Virus record (IMG/VR): IMGVR_UViG_3300008107_007316
Coordinates: 1 to 62,872 of that record
Source: a virus
Lineage: Duplodnaviria > Caudoviricetes
DNA length: 62,872 nt
Reading direction: 5' to 3' (one strand)
Each line of letters opens with the position of its first letter. The stretch's first letter is position 1. The notes under the pieces are model-generated. The model saw nothing but the letters and a program-made list of their open reading frames with translations, had not been told where the DNA came from and ran no database searches. Shown here piece after piece: positions 56,730 through 62,872 of this stretch. The position numbers were made by a program, and so were the translations under genes.

Positions 56730-58493
56730 TTATCTTCCACCAAATAACCATCCGTATTTAGCATAATCACTTCTACTTGGGGCACTACTATCTCTCCTTG
56801 AATCATAAGTGATATTTGGCATAACAGGATTAAAACTAATAATATCTTTTACAGATTCATTATTAGTTACAGTCCAAGATTCAATCATTGATTTGGTATG
56901 TTCCGTAACTTTCTCTAAACTTGAAAAAGATGACTCCCCAACATATAATGCCATGGCAATAGACATAATTAAATCATCGTGGTGTCCTTTTTGGTGATCG
57001 GGTCTACCGTTTATGTAAACGAAAGTATTCATCTCGTTATACAATCTAGAACTATACATTCTAAATCCGTGTCTCATTCCTTCCTCAAACGCCGCAATAA
57101 TTTGTACTCTTTTAGAGTTAAAATTAATACCCGGTATTTTATCTACCGTTCTTGATGCCGACCTCCATATATTATTTTGATCAACCCCATCAATATACAA
57201 ATTCTTGTAATCAAATTCTTGTAATTTACGTACAGTTGTTATACCCATACCTCCTGTTATATCCACCACAACAAACGCAGAATACATATTTGCCCATTTA
57301 AAAGCAACTTCCGCCAACGTATCGGGTGGTATTTTACCAATATATTCTAATACTTGTTCCCTTTCATCAAAATCAATAATTTGGATTGTACTAAAGTCCT
57401 CACTATCTCCACGAGAAACGTCAACCCCCATTATGTATTTGTGTCCCACAACAGGTTCTTTCCAAATCCATAGTGAATTACCCATCATTTTATTTTGGGG
57501 GTCTTTTAACATATTCTCACGGATTTTTTGTAACATATTAGAATCAAAGACATTATCCCCCGATCCTAAGAAGTTACACTCCAACTCCTGAGATACCTTT
57601 CTCTTGTCGTATTTAAGTTTTTTTACCATCCCCTCAAACCAAACGGAACAAGGTTTATAACCTGTATCCATAATTGCTTTAAGATCATTGTAATTCCTAT
57701 CTTTAAATGGGATATTTTCCCAACTTAAAATATCGTCATCGGTATATTCCTCTTTATTTAATAAATAATGAATAATATCCTGTGTTTTGACTAAATATAA
57801 ATCTTTGGTATACCTTGGATCTCTAAACCAATACATCTCAGAAATTTTGAAGTCATTCATATTTCTTAATGCTTGATCATATATCTCATAATAAATTGGG
57901 TCATAACCATTCGGTGTTGAAACCACAATTACCTTACCCCCTGTGGATAAGGATGCCATACAAGCCGCCCAGAAATCACTGTCGGCTTCAATAAACGCCG
58001 CCTCATCAAATATAAGTATTGTAGGGGTAAAACCACGTAAGGCATCTTTTGATGTTGCCACGGCTTTTACTTCAGATCCATTATTTAATTTATAATGTTT
58101 TTGTGAGTTTTTTTCCGCTGCGAAATCAACACCTACCCATTTTGGCCATTGACCAATAAATGCTCTTACCTTATTCGCCATCTCTAATGATGTATCAAGT
58201 TTGTTGGCAATAATAAGGATTTTTTCGGGTTTGTTTTTCTTAGCAAATGCTAATCGTTTTGATGCCCAAGCGGCTGTAACCGTAGATACACCCGCCTGAC
58301 GATATTTTAATGCAATATTTTCATTGTAATTTTCGTAATCTTGTAGTAAAGATATTTGATCGGGAAATAACTCTAACGGCACGTATTGAGATACCGTATT
58401 ATCATATGTCTGTAAATAAGTTTTTAATGCGTAAGTTGTGTCCTTCATACACTTCACATACTCAAGCATTACTTGTTCTTTAGATAAACCCAT
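56730..58493 (-). CDS. terL: Terminase large subunit (gp17-like)
   Basis: KYRQAGVST (Walker A), LIFDEAAF (Walker B), STPNG, QELECNF, GVDVSRG...DFS, HHDDLIM; TATTTAT at 58508-58514. Confidence 0.96.
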   Translation of the reverse strand: MGLSKEQVMLEYVKCMKDTTYALKTYLQTYDNTVSQYVPLELFPDQISLLQDYENYNENIALKYRQAGVSTVTAAWASKRLAFAKKNKPEKILIIANKLDTSLEMANKVRAFIGQWPKWVGVDFAAEKNSQKHYKLNNGSEVKAVATSKDALRGFTPTILIFDEAAFIEADSDFWAACMASLSTGGKVIVVSTPNGYDPIYYEIYDQALRNMNDFKISEMYWFRDPRYTKDLYLVKTQDIIHYLLNKEEYTDDDILSWENIPFKDRNYNDLKAIMDTGYKPCSVWFEGMVKKLKYDKRKVSQELECNFLGSGDNVFDSNMLQKIRENMLKDPQNKMMGNSLWIWKEPVVGHKYIMGVDVSRGDSEDFSTIQIIDFDEREQVLEYIGKIPPDTLAEVAFKWANMYSAFVVVDITGGMGITTVRKLQEFDYKNLYIDGVDQNNIWRSASRTVDKIPGINFNSKRVQIIAAFEEGMRHGFRMYSSRLYNEMNTFVYINGRPDHQKGHHDDLIMSIAMALYVGESSFSSLEKVTEHTKSMIESWTVTNNESVKDIISFNPVMPNITYDSRRDSSAPSRSDYAKYGWLFGGR

Positions 58494-58517
58494 AAAAGTA
58501 TTTATCTATAAATATAG

Positions 58518-58551
58518 AAACCCCCAGTTATTTTCATAAAAGGGGGTTTTT
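58518..58551. terminator. Intrinsic terminator-like hairpin
   Basis: AAACCCCC-ag-TTAT-tttc-ATAA-aa-GGGGGTTT between the 58569 gene and terL. Confidence 0.65.
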
Positions 58552-58568
58552 AGTTATTTTAAGGATTT

Positions 58569-59942
58569 TTAAAGACCTAATTCTGAAAGGATATCATCAT
58601 CTTCTTCCTCATCCTCTTCATCATCGTTATGATATCTATCATATTCTCGTTTTGCTTGTTGTAAAATTTCCTCAAATTTACGTCTTGCTTTGTCATTATC
58701 AGCATTATCTTCAGAAACAACATTTGCCATAATGTCTCTTAAAAATTCTTCAGCTGGTATACCATAAAGTATTTTTGAGAAATAAAATTTATACTTTTTA
58801 CCATACTCATCAATTGTTAATTCATCAGGTAAAAGAGATCTTAATTTTCTCACTAATTCTCCCCCAACTCTAAATTGCATTGGTTCGTTTGAAAAGACAT
58901 CAGTTTGACCCATTACATCTTGAGCAATGGATGGATCTACGTTTCTCCATTGTTCTCTTGATGGGATCATTTCAAATGTTTTCCCTAATTCGTGTAATAA
59001 AATTGGAAATATTAATCCATTTCCATAAAAAGTTTCAACATCATCTTCTTGACCATTTTCTTGACCACCTTCATCCTCATCCTCATCTCCATCATCATAA
59101 GATTGACCTGATGATCCTGCGGCATTCCCACCTAACATTTCAATCAATTGTTCATCGGTGAAATACATTAAATCGTTTGCTGACATTATCTTATTATAGA
59201 TTGAATATAATCTTGGATCAATTTGTTCTAATCTATCTCTAAATTCTTCAATTTGATATGCAAACTGAATTCTTTTACCCGTTCCTTGAATTAGAGCGTT
59301 AATAACATTTCGTTTTTCAATTTCAAGTTGTCTCATTTCATCTGGAGTTAATTCATCAACGTCAAATGAAAAATTTGGAGGTAATTCTAATTTTTTCATT
59401 TCTTTCGGTTGCATTCTAAACACACTTGGATCAATTGGTTGTTCACCTAAGAAAGTCAAAAGATTAAAAAAATCATACTCGTATACTACTCCACCATTTT
59501 CACCTTCTCTTTTAGTGATTATTCCATTTTTTAATGCTTCTTCCATGGTCATATCGGGTGACATCCATCCTGATTCTTTAGACGCAATCTCAACTGCCAA
59601 ATCTCTTAACTCTTCTCTATGTGCAGGTTCAATTGACATTGCTTGTCTTACAGCATTCATTTGTTCCATTTGAATGGATCTTTTTACTGACGGTTCAGTA
59701 ATATTACCTTCAGCTCCGTAATATCTCTTTACATAATCAACTATTTCTTTAAATCGTGTTCCTGCAATTCTTTCTACATCACTTGCCCCTTTTCTAAATG
59801 CTCTATTTTTAGCGTATAAACCTTCAGGGTCTTCAATTTTTGCTTGAGATCTTGGATCCATCCTTTCAGGATAATCACCATAATCAACAGGGGCTTCTTT
59901 AACGATTCTTCTAATTAATCTTTCTAAATCTTTATTTCCCAT
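58569..59942 (-). CDS. Hypothetical protein, putative head-associated
   Basis: 457 aa; N-terminal DLERLIRRIVKE, KRNVINALIQG, FPILLHEL; acidic tail. Confidence 0.75.
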   Translation of the reverse strand: MGNKDLERLIRRIVKEAPVDYGDYPERMDPRSQAKIEDPEGLYAKNRAFRKGASDVERIAGTRFKEIVDYVKRYYGAEGNITEPSVKRSIQMEQMNAVRQAMSIEPAHREELRDLAVEIASKESGWMSPDMTMEEALKNGIITKREGENGGVVYEYDFFNLLTFLGEQPIDPSVFRMQPKEMKKLELPPNFSFDVDELTPDEMRQLEIEKRNVINALIQGTGKRIQFAYQIEEFRDRLEQIDPRLYSIYNKIMSANDLMYFTDEQLIEMLGGNAAGSSGQSYDDGDEDEDEGGQENGQEDDVETFYGNGLIFPILLHELGKTFEMIPSREQWRNVDPSIAQDVMGQTDVFSNEPMQFRVGGELVRKLRSLLPDELTIDEYGKKYKFYFSKILYGIPAEEFLRDIMANVVSEDNADNDKARRKFEEILQQAKREYDRYHNDDEEDEEEDDDILSELGL

Positions 59943-59946
59943 TTTG

Positions 59947-61065
59947 TTAAATTGCTTGGTTAATTAATCCAATGAAATCTTGTTTCATTTTTTCTTTATT
60001 TTTCTTTTGACCTCTTGGATCTTCTTTAACCCCAGGATTAGGATTTTTAACAGGATTTCCCCTTCTTTTAGGTGTAGTGCCCGGTTTAGTAGGTGCATCC
60101 TTCTCCTTAGTTCTTTCTTTTTCTTTAGTTTCGTTTTCTTCCATTGTTCCCATAATTGGCATCATTTGAGTAGGTTTTTTCATTCTTTTACTTTCAATTC
60201 CTGATTCTTTAGCAAACATACTCATTTTTTTTGGATTTCTCAAAATCATAGAATTACTTTTTTCCATTTTTTCTGAAATTGTTTTTAAAATATCCGCCTT
60301 GGTCATTTTAGGTTCAATGTGTTTCTCAATCATTTCAACAATACGATCCTCCAAAAGTTTTTCGTATTCTTCATTGGTTTTTTCTTTTTTCTTCTCAAAT
60401 AATTTACTATAAAGTTCTTTGGCTCTTTTATTATGAGTACTTCCGTGTTTTGACATATCGGCATAACCCTTAATTTGATCAATTATTTTTTTGTCGGTCC
60501 AATCTTCAATATTTGATTCAATATCTTTTATTTTTGAATATCTAACAATGAACTTTTTAAAGTCATCTTTTAATTTAGAATCACTAATTTGATTTGGTGT
60601 TTTTTTCTTAAATAAATCATAAAAACCTTCGGTAACGTGATCCGGCATTTTTTCATAATCTTTTTTTGTGGTTTTGTCTGAAAATTCTTTTGCTAATTCA
60701 CACCACTTCTTTTTCTTAACTCCCTTACTTGTATTACATTTTGCCCAAAAGAATCCTTGTTGTGCCTTTGATTCAAATTTCTCAGTCATTTCATTTTTTT
60801 CTTTTAATGGGGTTACAACAGTTTTACCTCCAGTTGTATCTACCTCAACGCCATTAACCATAGTTTTAGAATTAGGGTTAACTTGATATGATGGTTGTGC
60901 CGGTTTTGTTACCACCGTTGTGTTTTGAGGTATTGATTGTTCTTCAATAACATTCTTACTAAATCTATTTACTAACGACTTTATTTGAGTGTCATTTAAT
61001 TTAGCAACAAAAGCGGATGATAGTCCGCTTTCTAATAACATTTGTATGTCTTTTTTAGTTCTCAT
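59947..61065 (-). CDS. Hypothetical protein, putative internal head protein
   Basis: 372 aa, charged; EKFESKAQQGFFWAKC module; many (I/L/V)xE sites. Confidence 0.7.
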   Translation of the reverse strand: MRTKKDIQMLLESGLSSAFVAKLNDTQIKSLVNRFSKNVIEEQSIPQNTTVVTKPAQPSYQVNPNSKTMVNGVEVDTTGGKTVVTPLKEKNEMTEKFESKAQQGFFWAKCNTSKGVKKKKWCELAKEFSDKTTKKDYEKMPDHVTEGFYDLFKKKTPNQISDSKLKDDFKKFIVRYSKIKDIESNIEDWTDKKIIDQIKGYADMSKHGSTHNKRAKELYSKLFEKKKEKTNEEYEKLLEDRIVEMIEKHIEPKMTKADILKTISEKMEKSNSMILRNPKKMSMFAKESGIESKRMKKPTQMMPIMGTMEENETKEKERTKEKDAPTKPGTTPKRRGNPVKNPNPGVKEDPRGQKKNKEKMKQDFIGLINQAI

Positions 61066-61462
61066 ATATCATTTTTTTTTCAAACTCAAGAACAATATCT
61101 CGTTCATATAATTTATCTTTTACTTCTTGTTCTGTTTCTCCAAACCTAAAAACAAGTCGTTTTGTAACGGAAAAATCAATTTCATCATTTTCTTTTTCCC
61201 ACCCCAATGAAATTACACCATCCATTGAGTCCAACATTGAGAATACGTCCGAATCTTGAATTAACTCCAAACCTATTTCTCCATTTATTAATACACCAAC
61301 TTTCTTAATGTATTCAACATCTGGTGGATTTGGATATCCATTTGATGGTTTTGATTCCCAATTGTCTCCCCAAACTTCTAACGTATCCGAAAAAATAAAT
61401 TCATAAATGTTGTCACCCTTATAGTTGGGTCCCATTCCATTTATGTAAATTAATTTATTCAC
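61055..61462 (-). CDS. Hypothetical phage protein
   Basis: 135-aa ORF with GTG start overlapping the upstream stop. Confidence 0.7.
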   Translation of the reverse strand: MNKLIYINGMGPNYKGDNIYEFIFSDTLEVWGDNWESKPSNGYPNPPDVEYIKKVGVLINGEIGLELIQDSDVFSMLDSMDGVISLGWEKENDEIDFSVTKRLVFRFGETEQEVKDKLYERDIVLEFEKKMIYEN

Positions 61463-62835
61463 AGAATAGATCCGTTTGGTGTAATTTTAGTTTCAGTGAT
61501 ACCGTCTTTAAAAATTAAATTCTTTTTGTTTGTAATACCAACTAAAGAAGAATTAGGATTTTTTTCCATATAACTTAATGCCGATCTTTCTTGTCTGATA
61601 GTTTCTGATAATCTTTTAATTTCTGATTTATCAAATTCTCTCATTTCACGTAATCTCATTTTATTTTTTTCTTTTCTTAATTCGTCTTCTTCATTAATGT
61701 TAAAATATTTTGAAATTATTTTATCTATTGTTGATTCACCGAATGTTCCATGCGACAAATGTGGGTAAGATCTTTGTTTTAATTTTGCTCCATGTCTTGG
61801 ATATTCATCTCCAAAATCATCTCCCATTGAATCGTATCCCATATTTAATTCTTTTTTCATACCTGAAGCATAAGCCGATGGAATTTTTTCATTAAGAGCG
61901 TCTTCTAAACTCATAACTTCTTTCATCTCTCCTCCTTCTGCCGGTGGTAGAGGTAATTCTTCTCCCATTCCAGGTTCTTCTTCTCCCATTCCTGGCTCTT
62001 CTTCCCCCATTCCAGGTTCTTCTTCTCCCATTCCTTTTTCGTCTTCTTCAACACCCTCTAAACGATCAATAATTTCATCAATATCATCATCATTTAATGT
62101 TGTTAAATCCAATGCCGATAAAATTGAATTAATAACGTATTTAACGTCATCCCCAATCATTTCTTCATCTTCATTATTAAAGTTTCTAATTTTTTGTGCT
62201 AATTTACCTGTTAATTTTTGGATTACCTTCATTGTTACAGGTTCGTTGTCGTCATCGTCTTCTTCATCCCCACCCATTTCATCAAAATTAGGTTCATCCT
62301 CAGGTGCCGGTTCAGGTAATGCCTCAGGTTCTGGTGATGGTACAGCAACAGGAGCCGGAGCGGGTGCCGCTGCAGGCGCAGGTGCCGCCGCAGGTGCCGG
62401 AGCGGGAGCCGATTGTTCATCAAGTTCAATGTCATTAGTCATCATCTCATTAGTTGGTTTTCTTTTAAGAATATATTTTTTATTCTCATTAAACAATGAC
62501 GTACCTTCTTCATTTTCAAATAATGTATTTAATTCTTTTGCCATTAAATTCATTCTTTTAAACGCTTGAGAATAAGAGTTGAAATATTGTCTATTTTTCA
62601 TAGGTGCAATATATTCACTCTCAGATTCGTTAATAGTTTTCTTTATAATATATCCCGCCTTTTCTTTTACGATTTGGTATCTATTACCATCCGCTAAATC
62701 AATAGAATATTCTGTAGATTTAGATTCGTTAACAGGATTTGGTGTATTTTCGTTGTAACGAGAAATTTCAATAATTCTTCTAATTTTATCCATTCCCTGT
62801 AGTTTTTCACTACCAATTGGTCTTAAGTTTCCCAT
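61459..62835 (-). CDS. Hypothetical acidic protein, putative prohead core/internal protein
   Basis: 458 aa; AP-rich tract, GMGEEEP repeats, IQKLTGKLAQKIR...KYVINSILSALDL. Confidence 0.75.
   Translation of the reverse strand: MGNLRPIGSEKLQGMDKIRRIIEISRYNENTPNPVNESKSTEYSIDLADGNRYQIVKEKAGYIIKKTINESESEYIAPMKNRQYFNSYSQAFKRMNLMAKELNTLFENEEGTSLFNENKKYILKRKPTNEMMTNDIELDEQSAPAPAPAAAPAPAAAPAPAPVAVPSPEPEALPEPAPEDEPNFDEMGGDEEDDDDNEPVTMKVIQKLTGKLAQKIRNFNNEDEEMIGDDVKYVINSILSALDLTTLNDDDIDEIIDRLEGVEEDEKGMGEEEPGMGEEEPGMGEEEPGMGEELPLPPAEGGEMKEVMSLEDALNEKIPSAYASGMKKELNMGYDSMGDDFGDEYPRHGAKLKQRSYPHLSHGTFGESTIDKIISKYFNINEEDELRKEKNKMRLREMREFDKSEIKRLSETIRQERSALSYMEKNPNSSLVGITNKKNLIFKDGITETKITPNGSIL
61957..62034 (-). 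repeat. 21-nt coding tandem repeat (GMGEEEP, about 4 copies)
   Basis: TTCTTCTCCCATTCCAGGTTC-type units. Confidence 0.85.
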
Positions 62836-62872
62836 TTTTTTGTTTTTTTAAAAATATTATTTTTATTATAAA

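Noticed and set aside
1-62872. Stop-codon recoding, as in some huge Bacteroidota phages
   Set aside because: Core genes (terL, portal, MCP, gmd) are full length in the standard code and coding density is high.
1-62872. tRNA, rRNA, introns, inteins, transposases
   Set aside because: Intergenic gaps are at most about 130 nt with no cloverleaf seen; core genes have normal lengths and no splicing or transposase motifs.

Overview
AT-rich, gene-dense segment of a large T4-like (jumbo/huge) myophage genome in the standard genetic code. The host is most likely a Bacteroidota (Flavobacteriia-like) cell: the bS21 is Bacteroidota-type with Tyr54, TAnnTTTG-type promoters are present, start regions are A-rich without Shine-Dalgarno sequences, and there is a DUF4494-like gene. 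Left to right: (i) a GT4/TibC-like protein glycosyltransferase with a broken FkbM tail; (ii) a minus-strand block of fibre/virion genes, including two giant proline-free Gly-Thr-Asn/Ser/Asp collagen-like proteins (about 566 and 345 triplets) and several Pro-Thr mucin-like, Cys-rich proteins; (iii) a small late operon with LETM1-like and WYL proteins; (iv) a 16-kb operon with eight glycosyltransferase genes, an apparent GDP-colitose pathway (Gmd, ColD, ColC), an aminotransferase/acetyltransferase pair, exonuclease, dUTPase, PhoH and a gp55-like sigma factor; (v) baseplate spike and other virion genes; (vi) the head cluster (gp23, gp22, gp21, gp20, gp17) with an antisense bS21. The best candidate for a new system is a phage-encoded virion glycosylation system: a protein O-glycosyltransferase, rare-sugar synthesis, a recurring [S/T]-[G/A]-x-T motif in virion proteins and sequon-saturated fibres. 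Two further candidates are a TATTTAT late promoter (the reverse complement of the T4 late box) and a shared 'IIKKILRE'-type helix that may tag proteins for head packaging. All family assignments come from motif recognition by eye; no searches were run.
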